DNA of 63,398 nucleotides, the filler included, from Octopus bimaculoides (taxonomy: Eukaryota), in NCBI RefSeq assembly GCF_001194135.2. It is 6 parts of 6 records of this genome, joined end to end, with 100 filler letters (N's around TTAATTAATTAA, not from the genome) between each part and the next. Parts side by side here need not be neighbours in the genome. Positions count along the whole stretch, not along the records: positions 12,717 to 39,627 come from NC_068999.1; 5 more parts are not named here. One strand, 5' to 3'. A program made the position numbers and the translations under genes. Numbering within the stretch: the first letter of the stretch is position 1; each line of letters opens with the position of its first letter. This document shows positions 12,757 through 27,163 of the stretch, piece by piece. The notes under the pieces were generated by a model, which saw only the letters and a program-made list of their open reading frames with translations, was not told the DNA's origin and ran no database searches.

Positions 12757-15700
12757 ACACGTATATATACATATGTATAAACGTTTTGTCTATTTTGGGA
12801 GAAATAGTCAGAATGCGCTCTTAAAAGCTCCAGTGTTTCGCATTCTCGGCTAGCATCTGTCCTCATCTAGAAGTGTAACCCAATGGAATGGTTATACGGA
12901 TGGAACTCCTTTCAGCTTACGATGAATATAGTAATAACTACAAGAACTTTCTGATGGAAATTCAAACGCCTTACAACATAAGGTTTTGATTACCACATCA
13001 GTCGTATAATGAATAATATTTTATGTCAGCATGCATAAAGCAATGATAAAAAAAAACGGGAACTAGGTAATCACCGTCATTATTTTACAACTGTTTCCCC
13101 AATACGATACCGTTCACTCAGAATTGAGAGCTATTGAATAAAGTATTCTTTTATTGTGGTAAGTTTTTAGATATTTAAAATGTTTCCCCTCCTCATGGAA
13201 ATAATTCTTATGGTGCCATACAGTGAAACACCGGTACCTAATTCCGCGAGATCTAGGTGTTGTAAGCTAACGAAAGTTTTTACGTAATTCCAATATTTTG
13301 TTATTTATATATTTATATTAAGTTTTATATTGATATTTTGCGTCATGTGAGAGTGCGGAGCAGAGAATGCCAATATGTCCATGCTTCTTGCCGTCGAACT
13401 TTTCTAATTCTGCGTAGGATATATGTATATGAAACTAAAACAATTAACTATTGGTACCACTATATCCAATTTGAATACATATATATATATACGTAAACAC
13501 ATAAACACACACACTCACACATTTTTAATTGAGGAAAAGAGGAGCGAAATTAAGGCTATGTCCATTTAGGCAAACGACGGCCATTTAATCCATATTACAT
13601 ACAAAAGTATGTTAATTCACTACTTCATATATTCTAATATATTCCCAAACAGCTTACGAAACAAATTCGCAAATGTGAGAAGAATGGTTTTGTGAATTCG
13701 GTTGAAATTATAGTCTGAAGAAGTGTATGGACATAAAATATCGTAACTTTGGTACGTAATATGAAATAAATGGCAGTTGTTCACAGAAACGTATGTAACA
13801 TTAACTTTTCCTTAATTAAAATTATTGTAATCACTCTGCGAGGATTATACCTTTTTGATATACATGAGGTGGCAAAGTGTGCCTATGATAATTAATCTAA
13901 GTATAACTGAGCAGTTTTTGGTTTATCATAACTTGTAACAGTTATACTTCTATTCAAAAACGTGGCTAGTCAGGTTCATGTGTAAAGTGCGCTGATTCGA
14001 TCACCTAGGTTTAGTTATCTTCTCAGTAAATATATAGGAGTAGGTGAACAAACTAAAGATGTAGCTTGCAGTATTTTTATTGCAGTTCTAGGTACAAACA
14101 TTCAGTTAATAAACAATTCAATTAAGTTCTACAATATTTAAAATTCGTCAAACGGTGGAGGGCAAACTCGAAAAGACATGTTTGCAAAGGGAATATTATA
14201 AGCACATTAGCAATGTCTGCGCTTATAGATTTTGCGCAGCCGCACGGCTCTTTCTTTCCACGTCCTTGGCCAAGGAATGCTAACTTTTTAGAGTCGCGGC
14301 GGTCTTGAAAGAATTAATTTAAACAGGCTGTGTTTAGTTAATTAAGAAATTTATGTGAACAATATATAATATAGATAACAATATACAATATACAATATAC
14401 ATAAAAAGTCTCTTATTCTTCCCTGTGTACACCAAATTTCTGTGACGATATAGCATAATTAATGCATATGTATGCATGCATATAAACGTATATGCGATTA
14501 TATGGCTATATTTAATTCCATGTGAATGAATATAAGCATACCCGTATTCACCACACACATAGCAACACAAATACACACACATATACGTATAATTGCACAT
14601 ATATATGTAATCCATATAATATAAATAAATTAAACGAACAGTATGGCAACACGTTCTTTCCCATATAATTATAAAAACTTATCTTAACATCTAAATTTCA
14701 TAGCAGGACACAAAGAACAAAATTATAATCGTTTATCACATTATCTCAAAATGTAATTATAGTGTTCTTAATTTTTATATTAAAATATTTAAGTATTATA
14801 AAAAAAAAGTCTGATATTGTTGAAAAACACAATAAAAAAATGCTAATGAGCTTTTTCAAAATTTTCATCGATACAATGCTTTTGGGAGCCGTTGAGTAAT
14901 GAGATAATATCAGCGTATTTAACAGTGTAATTTACCTTCTCCAAAATAAAATATCATTGGTCATCATGAATGTCAAAATATATTTGTATCTTAATGGAAA
15001 TCTTATTTAAATTTCAATTGTGTATAATCACTTGAGATATAAAAGAAATTAAGTTTGAGAGGATGCGTGTGTAAATATGTGCATACATACATACACGCGC
15101 ACACATATACATGTATATATATAGAGAGATATATTTATTGTTCCTATATATATATATATATATATATATATAAGCATGTATATTTATATTTATACACATG
15201 CGTATCTACGTTTCTGTAGAGATAGATTGCGATTTACTAGATAATTAAAAAAAAACAAAAGAAACCTGTAACATTAATATAAGCAGTATAACAATAGAGG
15301 TCAGTTTAAATTACGCTTTCAGTTCCGCTAAATTTTGTGGATCATCCGTTCCTGGTTTACTAAGTTACCGCTCGCATTATCAGGTGACTTCACTTCCCAA
15401 GGAAATTGAACTAGCTACGAACGTACAAATTCTTTAGTATCGCTGTTCTTTTGTACCAATTTGGCATTGAATATTCTGTCAAGCCTGGTACATAGGCTAA
15501 TGGTCTTTTTTGTCGAACTACTTGGTTTCGATGACATAAGCAAGCCAACACCAATTTCCAGGTGGCATTGGAGAACAAACACAACCAGAAAGATACACAC
15601 GCATACACGAAGATATTATATACGACGAGCCACGCAAATTACAAATTTTGGTGGACGAGAAGAGCTACTCACATCAACTCAAGAACTTGACTGGTAATAA

Positions 15701-16306
15701 ATTCTATTGACCTCCGGAGGGACATAGAGTCAAAATTATTGCTGAGGGATTAGAGATCAGGATATTAAAAGCCAGAATAAGTCGGAAGCCATTCTGCACG
15801 TTCTTTTAGCCATTCTACCAATCCACTGCTCTGCATTTGTATAAATATATGTAATGCAAACAATGCCACTTTGAGCGCGTGTTGTTTACATTATGTATCC
15901 TTTTCATCTTTTCAAAGATATTAAAGGCCCACACTCAAATTTAGAATTTTTTTTTTTTTGTATTTTATTAACAACAGGACAGCAATCACTCTTCGAGGGG
16001 AATATGTACACTACGTTTAACTGGAACATAATAAATCACTTTAAAGAAGAGCCTAGATTAAAATAAATTAATGGCTTGCGAAAAATTTCACTGCATGCTA
16101 CTAACACAAATGTTACGAACGAGATACACAGAGCACATAGAGATCCTTATTAATCGTATATATCGATTGATTACTCTCAACACTATTACAATAATTAATG
16201 CTGTATGTATACACAAACACACATGCATACACATGCATACACATACACACGCTATAGATATCTAGCTAGATGTAGATATAACTACCTGACAATCTATCTA
16301 TCTACG

Positions 16307-16397
<91 letters not shown>

Positions 16398-17879
16398 AAA
16401 CAAACAAACAAACAATCAAAATGCGTATATTGAATTTATACATATGAACTGCTGTAAAAGTTAGTTTTTTTTTTGCATGAGCATGCGTCGAAAATATTTT
16501 TGAAAATATCGAGATAAAATATAATTATGAATGAGTATGGATATGAAATTATATAGGTAGCCTTCATTATATATATATTTTTTTATATTTAATTTTTTCT
16601 TGTATGGAAAGAGAGGCAACATCTGAGAGAGTGCTCTATAATTCTTGCTTGAATATTGTAATGGATTTTTATAAAAGCAGTCATTCTTACACGAGCTATG
16701 TAACAATTTTTCACCCCTTACATTCTCTCATTCATTCACTCTATGCATAGCGTCACACGTATTATTTTACATTACACGCTTGTATAACTATATATGTATG
16801 CGCGCGCGTGCGTGTATGTATGTATATATGTTTGCATATGTGTGTGTGTGTTGAATTACTTTCATTGAGCAGGTATAAATGTAAATCACATTAATGACTA
16901 TACTTATATTTTCAAAATACATTTGATGAGGAAATCAAATGAGTATATACACACATATTCACACAAGCTTACACACATAAACACGTACAAACGAACACTC
17001 GCATATTGTCCGAGTTATACTTTGAGAGATTTAAGCTTAGTTACAATTATATATTTGTATTGAAGCTATCCTACGCGTATCAAGATGAAAGGAATATATA
17101 TGTATATTGATAATATGACAGTTCGGAATAAGGATACGTCCACCTTATTATTGTTTGATTCTATATGGCAAGTTTGAAATGCTCTTGTCAGAACATACAC
17201 ACACATGCACACACACACATACACACACACATACACACACAAATACACACACACAAATACACAAACACGTTTATGCATATTTAATATAAAATTGTACTTG
17301 GTATTTCTGAATTATACTTAATAATATATATATATATATATATATATGTGTATATATAACTTTTTGCATGTTTAGAATATGCTACGCAGTATGATGTTAA
17401 AAGCAAACTTCATTACTAAACTTATTTTTTCGACATACAACAACATGAAAAACATATTTTCATAAAACATGCAATCGTATAGAATTACCTATCTATATGT
17501 ATATCTACCCATCGCTATAGATACATACGCGTATATATACTTGTGTATGTATGTATATATATATGAAACATACACACAAACTATATCGGTAAAATAAAAA
17601 GCAGAAACTGGAATTGAATGGAGTTTTATGTGTAACATGTTTATGCTCCGTAAAATTGCATGTCCCTACCTATAAAGATACGTTTTAGAGTATTATTTAA
17701 AAGTAATATATTTCAATATTTAAAAAAATGAAAACGAATATATGTTTGGAATTACATCACGAAGCGCTTGAAGACAAACATTACCACCTACACCAACAAT
17801 ATTCAAAGTAATGATGTATAACAAAAAATAGCAACACTCATATAACGAGAAAATACTAAAAAACACATTAAAACAGCAA

Positions 17880-17913
17880 TAGTAGAACTAGTAGTAGAAG
17901 TAGTTGTAGTAAC

Positions 17914-17951
<38 letters not shown>

Positions 17952-18043
17952 CAGCAACAGCAGCAGCAGCAATAGTAATAGTAGTAGTAATAGTAGTAGT
18001 AATAGTAGTAGTAGTAGCAACAGCAGCAGCAGCAGTAGTAGTT

Positions 18044-18081
<38 letters not shown>

Positions 18082-18082
18082 G
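17880..18082. repeat. Compound (AGT)n/(AGC)n/(AAT) trinucleotide repeat
   Basis: Directly visible; source of the spurious poly-T/poly-A ORF 17803-18165. Confidence 0.9.
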
Positions 18083-18151
18083 ATCGCTCCTTTTAGCACT
18101 TCAAGGTCCAAGAAAGTACATTGTACAAGAACTTTTTGGGGGAGATGGGAA

Positions 18152-18437
18152 CTTTTCCATCTCAAGCACAGATTTTTAAAATCAATTTTTTAAAACTAAA
18201 CACTTTGAAACTTCGGATACTGGTTGAATGTTTCACGTAGAACAGGGTTTACTCTTAACGTAAAAATTATCCAAATATGGCAACATTAACAGGAAATAAG
18301 TTCTAAAATACAAAATCTTGTTAAAAACATTAAGAGTAAATATTGTTCTACGTGACACATTCAACCAGTATCCGAAGTTTCAAAGTGTTTACTTAAGAAC
18401 AAAAAAAAATTTTTAATCTTTGCTTGAGATGGAAAAG
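18152..18437. mobile_element. MITE with TIRs of about 107 bp
   Basis: cttttccatctcaagca...aaacactttgaaacttcggatactggttgaatg...ctcttaa (18152-18258) is inverted at 18330-18437. Confidence 0.85.
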
Positions 18438-18559
18438 ATCCGGAAAATGTGAAAGGATCTACGATTAAATAAGGAATATTGTGTGTAGCAAATCACTCTA
18501 TCTCCCTCTGTCTCTGTCTGTCTGCATGTCTCCCTCTTTCCTCTCTCTCTCTCTCTCTG

Positions 18560-18605
<46 letters not shown>

Positions 18606-19499
18606 GCAATATTCTCAGTTAAATTAAAGGTTCGATATAAAAAATAAGTACAACAAATTAATTCAAAAAATGGACACACTCTCACCACAGATATGAGTAA
18701 CCACCATTCAGATTAGATGGGTGACACCAATATAGACGTGACTATATTCCTTAGGAACTGGAAGCATCTTTCAATCTCTAGAAAGTCAGTTCTTGAACAA
18801 TCCTACAATTCTTACTTATGCAAACAATATTACTGCCGGTCACTCGTCAGTTTTCCCTTGAGATTATTTCTCTTCTGGGCAGGTGGATCTCAAACAACTA
18901 GCTCTCCTTTTCACCTATGCAACCAATACTGTTTTAATCTATAGTATTTTCTTAAAGTATGGTATTTGTCCCGAATCACCCTAGCAGTTTGGTAGTCCAT
19001 TAACATGGGCGCTTGCAGAACTTTCAATCTTCTTTTTTCTCTTAGTGTGAGCAACTTATAACTTTGCTTTTTATTCTATTTTATATTTTCTTAATGTTCT
19101 TCTGTTCCAGTGTCATCATTAATGCTAGAGGCTAGCTGATTGGAGTCATAGGCTTTATTGTCCAGTATTTGATAAGTAGACACCTGGTTCTTACTCGCCT
19201 GCAAGCACCCTGGCTACATCCTCTGTGATCATCTACGAGGTTCTAAATGAAACTGGTAGTAGTGGCAATAGTTGTCCTCTCAAAGTTCTGCAGTTGTTTG
19301 TACTATTATCACTATAGTTGTTTATCAAGCCCGTTTCATTTCCTTTCTATCTTTCTTTTTTTCTTTTCTACTTTTTTTTTTGCTTTTCCCCCTCTTCAAA
19401 TATAACAAATAACAACCCACCTTCAGCAACTCGATATTCGATTCCCATTACCAGTCTGACTGATAATTTGTCGGTGCTGCACGTTACATTGCAGGATCA

Positions 19500-21960
19500 T
19501 ACTTTTTCATGATAATTCAGGTCCTAATGAGCATAATGAATCTTTCGCACATGTGCAGTCTCTTACCTATTAAACGGGATGGCAACATTCAAATATTATA
19601 AATGTCTCCTCCTTCTCGCTTGAACATCATATCAAATATCCTGGTTTCTTGACGTGCTTAGTTCCTAACGGGTAACCACTTGCAAATCTTGATACTACGC
19701 TAATGTGCATAGAATTTTTCTGTCACTTGCAACACAAATTTAGTCTACATCCTAATGCAATCATTCATCGAGACGTTTATGCCTATATATATATATATAT
19801 ATAATGATTTTTGGTAGCTTAGTGTATTTCCTTAACAGATGGATGATGCTTTCTTTATCTTTTCCACACCTAGCCTGAACGACTATATAAATTAGCCTGA
19901 ATCGTTCTTTAGATTGATACTTTCATTTGCTTTTTTGCACATACTATATATTCGTCTAAATTGTTGAACCATTAAGGACTGACGTCTTAGTTTCGCATTT
20001 TAGGTGTACATCTCTGGGGTTAAAACCAGTGCTCTTCCTTTCTAACTTCCTCAGTTTGTATGAATTAAACATGTAATCCTTCCTCTTTCCAATTTTTTTT
20101 TTGTCTTTTTATTCTATTTTTGATAACGTTCTCGGTTCTTCGATATCTATAGGTTCACAATATGCAACAGAGCTAAGGCGGCGAGCTGGCAGAAACGCTA
20201 GCCCGTCGGGTGAAATGCTTAAAGATATTTTACCTATTCAAATTCCGCCGAGGTCGACTTTGCCTTTCATCCTTTTGGGGTCAATAAATTAAGTAGCAGC
20301 TGCGTGCTGAAGTCGATCTAATAGACCAGCCCCCTCCCCCGAAATTTCGGGCCTTATACCTAGAGTAGAAAAGAATGCACAAAAGAGTTTTTTGTAGTCA
20401 TATTTCTTTATTATAGTACCTTCCTTACGTCTTACTCATTGAGGTTTAATAATTACTTTTCTTCGAGTATTCCACCTTCAGTATTCTCTATCACGCTATA
20501 TCTCCTTCTTGTACAACTCCTACGTGTAATAGCAGATATCTATAGCAACTTCCTTACTACTTCACCACAAAAGTATAAAAATATCTAAATCTACCAGTAC
20601 CCAGTTTACATCCGGCTTCAGGAATTAGTTTCATAACTTAAAATAGAAAAACGATATCTAACACAACAGAATGAATCTATAATTTTGACTGGTTTCCAAC
20701 AAACATCCACAATTAGTTGCCTATGTTAACAGATGGTATATTTACATCCATTCCACAATTAAGATATAACTATTCGTTCGGTTGTCTTAATTTAATCGTA
20801 AGTTTGCTTTAAAGAACTTCCGGTTCCTAGTAAGAAGCATGTATTATATCAGCTACTTGTAACTAACTGTTTACCATTAGTTTATCTATCTAGTCTCCAT
20901 TACTGCTTGCAATATCACCCGTGTCAATAGTAAACTACCATATCCTATATAACTTTCAAATTGATATTTATTTATTTTCTCCATATTTCCGTTAGTTCCT
21001 TATTTCCATACATTAAACTTACTCTACCACAACTGTTTCTGTATTTATTCCTACTTTATAATAATTACTCCGCTTTATCTTGTTACAGCTTTTCTTTCCC
21101 TTCCTGTTATTTAACTAGCTAGTTGATCTATGATCCACCGTGAAACAGAAATAAATCTTCTTCGCCAATGCTCCTAATGCATTTCAATTTCATTAAATTA
21201 TATCTCTTTTAAGTTACTCTATTCCTTACATTAAAATAATTTGCCCCCATAAGTACTTTCATACTAATATTATTAGTCCTACGTTTCTTAATATAATCGT
21301 CAAATACAGTTATAAATAAACATTTTTACAATTTTGTTTATATATGTATAGCTTCCTAACAGCTACAATATTTCGAATCTAATATCAGCAAACTCTGAAC
21401 ACCACCATTTCTATTTATCAAAGTTTTCTAAATTCGTTTATTCTCGTTGTCATTAACTCTTCCTTTAAACTTAAAATCTCATTATCTCCTCTGTAAACTA
21501 GGACACATGTACTCATTTAACCGGCAGTATAATAAATATATGACGCTATATATCTTTCATCCTACGTATGCTTTTCTCTGTTTACCTAGCGAAAGTAAAC
21601 TTCGCCATTCTTGACTTTAACTAAACACATTACCACACAAACACATTTAGTTTCCCCTCATAAATCTAATATTTTCAAATATTTTCGCTCACACAAACAC
21701 ATTTTTGGAACATAATGTTCTAACACTTTCAGCTTCAAATATTTAATATCCTCCCATTAATATATGCAAACATGGAAATTTTACTAATCTTTTCTATCCT
21801 ACTTCATTTTATATGCTTTTCCTATTTTTTCTACCAGAAATTAATTCCTACGCCAGCTACATTCATTTATCCCTTAGTCAATAACGTAACAAAATCCTTA
21901 ATTCCTAGGCGACTTTTTAAATATCAACTTCTTCCTGATGCATGCTTTGAATCTATGGCA
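19500..21960 (-). pseudogene. Possible ancient L1-like LINE ORF2 remnant
   Basis: Scattered minus-strand peptide traces in L1 order: SGRS..KAY (about 21.9-21.8 kb), VKNG and FAD (21.6-21.4 kb), KYL(W)G (about 21.25 kb), CSSEKEETFIIFEC (about 19.6 kb). Many stops and frameshifts; tentative. Confidence 0.3.
20175..20375 (+). mobile_element. SINE family B, near full length
   Basis: aaggcggcgagctggcagaaacgctagc...gaggtcgactttgcctttcatccttttggggtcaataaa...cgggccttatacctagagtagaaaagaat. Confidence 0.85.
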
Positions 21961-23258
21961 TTTAACTAAAAATTATTTCATATGTAAATAGCTTCTCAGT
22001 AGTCTGATTTATATCCTCTCATAACAACAGTATATACACATATACACACACACACAAACACACTTAGATATATACACAGAAAGCGTAGTCTATATCAATT
22101 TTTCTATAATATACACGTGTTTCATAAGATTCTTAAGAGTGGAAAATATCAAATTTGTATAGATCCCGGTTACGCTAGCAAACGCTGCAAGCCCCTTTCA
22201 TCGACATTACTTTTTGTCGAATAATGCTGATGAATGGATCCGGCGGCATTCGCTCACGAAACTGAGTTTTATGCTCACGTAATTGATATTTGGCGGTCTT
22301 ATGAAATATGTGTACGTTATATAATTCATTAACACCGACTAATATTTCTGGGTATTTTTTATATGCCGGGAGCGCTCTCTACATACTTGTCTGCCTGGAA
22401 TTAGGATTGTCATGAAATTTTTTTACATTCATTAACAATTACTCCGAAGACTTAGAAGCAAAAATTTTGCCTACTCTCATGTAAATCAAACAGGTATTGA
22501 AATGACATCTTAATCTTTAAAAATGCAGAGAATATTAGATGTTATATAAGGTAAAATTTCAAGACCCTAAATCAACAGGTAACATCTCAACTGAAGAGAA
22601 GAATTATTGCCACATGCTGCATACGAAATGTTTTCTCTTGAGAAAATAACCAAAATTTCCAGACAGCCATCAACACAATTCGAGAAAACCGGTTTTAGCA
22701 AGCTACGACCAGCTTTGCACTGTAATCTCCCTTAAAAGCAAATTTCATCCCTACGTAATGCAGTAATACATTCTGTCAGAAAACCGATTGCGTGAGTAGA
22801 TTTAAGGAATGAGAAGCGATTTTTACAAGTGATCAACGAAGATAAGGCTTCCTATTATTTTCCTATAATGTAGCTTCAATGAGGACTTGTTAAACTCTGA
22901 GTAAGGTAGGGTTGATTAAGTATAGATTTTAATTCATTTATTTAATCCTCCTTTTTTTAACTTTTACTACATACATGTTTGTGTATCTCTGTGCACGTGG
23001 GAGTGTAAGAATGGGCATGTGTGTGTCTTTGTGTGTGTTCAGGTGTGTGTGGAATGTGCATGTACATATACATTAGATGCAATTAATTATAACAATAGGT
23101 GAGCCATAATTCAAAGTAATGCCTCAGTAGATTTAAACTACTGTTCATAATCATACGCTTCAGAATAATTATCTTGTAAAGAGTATTCAACACATCGTAT
23201 AGACATTATTTACATTATTTAGATTTGACGATATTTGTTCTCATCTTGTTTGTTGTCA

Positions 23259-23307
23259 ACACAACGTGTCGGCTGATATGCCCCCGACCCTAGCCTTCAT
23301 CAGGTGT
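23259..23307 (-). ncRNA. Minimal type I hammerhead ribozyme motif (Penelope-type), probably inactivated by GAAA to GACA
   Basis: Minus strand reads ACAC-CUGAUGA-A-GGCU(17 nt)AGCC-GACA-CGU-U-GUGU: 4-bp stem I, 4-bp stem II, palindromic ACGU stem III, GUU triplet. Confidence 0.55.
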
Positions 23308-23459
23308 AAATAATGTACATAATTCCTCATCTCTTAAATATAGAACTGTAACATCGTATAAAGGCACACGTGTACATACATAAGCATACATATAGATATA
23401 TAGAAATATAGATAAACATATATTATGAGTATATGTATGTATCTCCTTCTCTCTCTCTC

Positions 23460-23518
<59 letters not shown>

Positions 23519-25037
23519 ACATACATACATACATACATGCATACATAAGTATATCTATTTCTATATCTATCTACCTTTCTGTCTATCTATCTGTATATCT
23601 AGTATTATATAACTCGGCTCTATGACATAAACAGTGAATTAAATTTTGGTTAACTTGACTATAATAATATAATAACAGAATAATACAGATGAATTAGAAT
23701 CTATGCATCTTTACATAATTCGAAGAAGATTCATCTGATAGCCTGATAATATAAAATACATGGTGTATGCTTAGAAAGCTAGAATCCATTCCAATTACCT
23801 ATAAACCTAAGACAAGCCTATTTAAATAATTTTCCATTGAGTATTTTGCTGAACAAGACAACATAATTTTTTTCATATCCGATTAAATGATTGCAACAAT
23901 CAATCTCTTCCAATCATAACGATATTTTCAGCTAGTTATGCATACACATATACACTTGACATATATATATACACATACATACATACACACATACATACAT
24001 GTATATATGCACATATAATACATATATATAGTTATAAGCAATCGACAAGATATCTTGAAAGTTGTGATATATGTGGCTAAATTCAGCAAATATGGACGAA
24101 TTTCAAAAGAATGCTTTCGAAATCCAAATTTTTTTTTTAGAAAGATCGCATTTTGCAATATTCGAATTTCTATTACATAAATATAATGATGACTACGTTT
24201 CATATATAGCTATAGACGAAAACACTTTTTTTAGGAAAGTATATATCTAAATTTGTGTCTGTATATATAAATATATATGTATGTTTATATACAAAACACA
24301 CTCACATACACACATACGCGAAACACATACACAGTCATGAATATGCTTATGCATCTATTTATACATATATGCATACCAAGGTACGTAATTCACAAAGACG
24401 TATGTTATTGTACAACAATTGTTACGTACATGAAAGTATTCAATATTCTATTTATACGATAGAAATCTTAATCTGACATCATCGCAAACATGCATCCTTC
24501 CATGTATATATATATATATATATATATGCACATATGTATAGATGATGCATAATCATTTATATGAACTATCTATATAGATAGCTATACGTATATTTGTATA
24601 TATCAAAGGAAAATTTCGGCTCACCGGGCATTTTTATTTGAGAAAAGGTAATAAAGAAAATTTTTTAAGTCACTTTCAAAACTTTTCCTTACACAACTTT
24701 AAAAATATGTTTTCTCTGAAGACGTATTGCATTATTTAACCTTAAATTGGGTTTATATATACTATTATATAAATGCATACGTTATATATACATGCATACA
24801 CACGCATATATGTATATACATATACATTTATTCATAATGTTCATATACAGATTTATGCAGATATAGACACACAGTTCAATAACCTACCTGCTGGAGATAG
24901 CAAACATAGACATCTAAATACCAACGAAATGAAAAGTACCAAGCACGGCCAAATTGTGTTAGAAGAAACGATTATGATATAGCTAACACAATAGAATCGT
25001 CGGAACAGGAAGTCAGAACTGACGTATATACAAATAT

Positions 25038-25410
25038 TATAAATGCTCCTGTAGAGAAAAACCAAAATGCCCATTGATGAACTTGTGTATGAGTACAAAT
25101 CTTGCATAGAAATGTACCATGCACACAAGGTGGCGGTGGTCATATGTTTACACTGGACAAAGAGCTGATTCATTTAAGAATCGTTATTGCAACAATGTCA
25201 ACAGCTTCAAGAGACTCACGATTTTGTATGGCGAAGGAAGGAATATAAAATTAAATATCACATAACTTGGTCCAAAGTAGGGCACGCAAAATCATACAAT
25301 ATCATTTCCAGGAGATGCTAACTCTGTTCCAAGGAATCCTTGTCTATTTTGTGGTCCGATGGGAAGACCATTATTAGAATTTCTGAAATACTCTCCCGAT
25401 GCCTCACTGC
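25038..25410 (+). pseudogene. Penelope-like element remnant: Cys-rich linker plus GIY-YIG endonuclease
   Basis: YKCSCREKPKCPLMNLCMSTNLA*KC...YVYTGQRADSFKNRYCNNVNSF, then frameshift to KYHITWSKVGHAKSYNIISRRC*LCSKE...SEILSRC. Matches the PLE CxC-x4-CPL-x2-C and YIG..F..RY..H motifs. Confidence 0.75.
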
Positions 25411-25726
25411 ATATACATGTACTTTCACAGAATGCAGTGCGTATGAATTTGATAACTGGTAACAAGGTATGGATGAATAAAGTTTAGCTTTAACCTCCCC
25501 ATTCTTATAAACACTAAGTAGCAATTCAACTTGCTATGTGAACGTGTTGCTACGGTTACATCTTCGTGGATGCTTGTATGAACGAGGATACATGCGCCAT
25601 GTAGCTTGTTGTTAAGTATCCCACCGGTGTAGATCGATGCTAGATGTGTCGAAACAATTATATTCTCGTATATTCTATCTTCNNNNNNNNNNNNNNNNNN
25701 NNNNNNNNNNNNNNNNNNNNNNNNNN

Positions 25727-25787
<61 letters not shown>

Positions 25788-26834
25788 CGTTTGTGTCTGT
25801 ATAACATTTTAATCTAGTTAAAGTATATCATTAATAAGATTAGTATGCCGTTATACAGAATGTTATATTTTTCCTGAAGTACATGTATATGATTATAATA
25901 TCATTACTTTGGGATGTCTGAAAGAGATCATTCCCGTCATGTATTACTATCCTGTATATCCTCCTAGTTATACACCGAGCCTCATACTTTCGTTTCGCGC
26001 TTTAATTGTAAACGTTTGGCAAATGTTGCTAATATAGTTGCAAGCATTTAGATAAAATAGCCATTGCAAGGAAAACTCGACATTATTTTGCATAGCCACT
26101 CTATTAACCCAAAAGTGATTTGAAATATTTTTCTTCCCTCCCAAAGGCCGGCGTTTATACAGTTTCCTTTTCGTTTTCTGAATAACCCATAAAAAATGTA
26201 TTTGCAGAACAATTTGTTAACTTCATCAAGTGCATTGTATATTTGTTCTATTGTCACAATATCGAAATACTTGTTACTGTACACTTAGAATTAGATTTCA
26301 ATTCGAGGGATAACTTATTGGATATGCCTTCTGGGAAAAGTCCTTCATTTTCATTACAACAAGCTGTGTAATCTCGTTCGTCATGCTTCTAGAGGCATCT
26401 GTATCAGCATTTCTTTTTTCCAGATATACTGTGTATCCTGCCGCATATTGGTCTGTTTTTTTGTTTTTTTTTCTATTCGTTTGTTAATTCTAAAGTGTAT
26501 ATCCTACTTCTGCTATTTGGTAATACGACCACATAAAAATTGAGTTTCTTTACGCAAAGTCGTGGTTTTCTTGTTGAGTTTCTTCGATATCTCATGAATT
26601 TTACATGCTGTCATGTACTTTCTTTTTGTCTTTATTTTTCTTCGTAGATATCTCATTCCGCTTTACAGCCTTGTATATTGCCAATGAAAATATATGTTTT
26701 ACCATCTATCTTTCGCGACACTTTGATTTGCTTGTCGTTTCGTTTCGTTGTTGTTGTTCGCTGATATTTTGTTGTTGTTGTTGTTTTTTTTGTGTTTCTT
26801 TGTATTATGGCTACTTTCATTTCTCCATTTCCAG

Positions 26835-26935
26835 TTGGTGTTATTTTCATTATCATAAATTCTATCCACATCAGCAGATATAATCGATTACCGATCAAGA
26901 GAAGATGTTTTATCTGTGCAATTCATGTTTCGCAA
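26835..26935 (+). CDS. Candidate exon; acceptor at 26834 gives GVIFIIINSIHISRYNRLPIKRRCFICAIHVSQ, NAGNAG acceptor at 26874/26877 gives DIIDYRSREDVLSVQFMFR
   Basis: Strong donor CAA|GTAAGT at 26936; pyrimidine-rich acceptor tttctccatttccAG. Product not recognised. Confidence 0.35.
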
Positions 26936-27093
26936 GTAAGTTCATAAAGCCTCCTGCACTACGTGCACGCGTCCATGTATACAGAGACACACGCACACAC
27001 GCACACAGAAGCACATACAAACACACACACACACTGGGACGCTCACATACAAGCGGGGACATAAAAAGATACGCACACTCAAACGTACGTATG

Positions 27094-27163
<70 letters not shown>

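Noticed and set aside
22231-22266. ctgatga...gaaa as a hammerhead
   Set aside because: The GAAUG/CAUUC hairpin is not adjacent to GAAA and stems I and III do not form.
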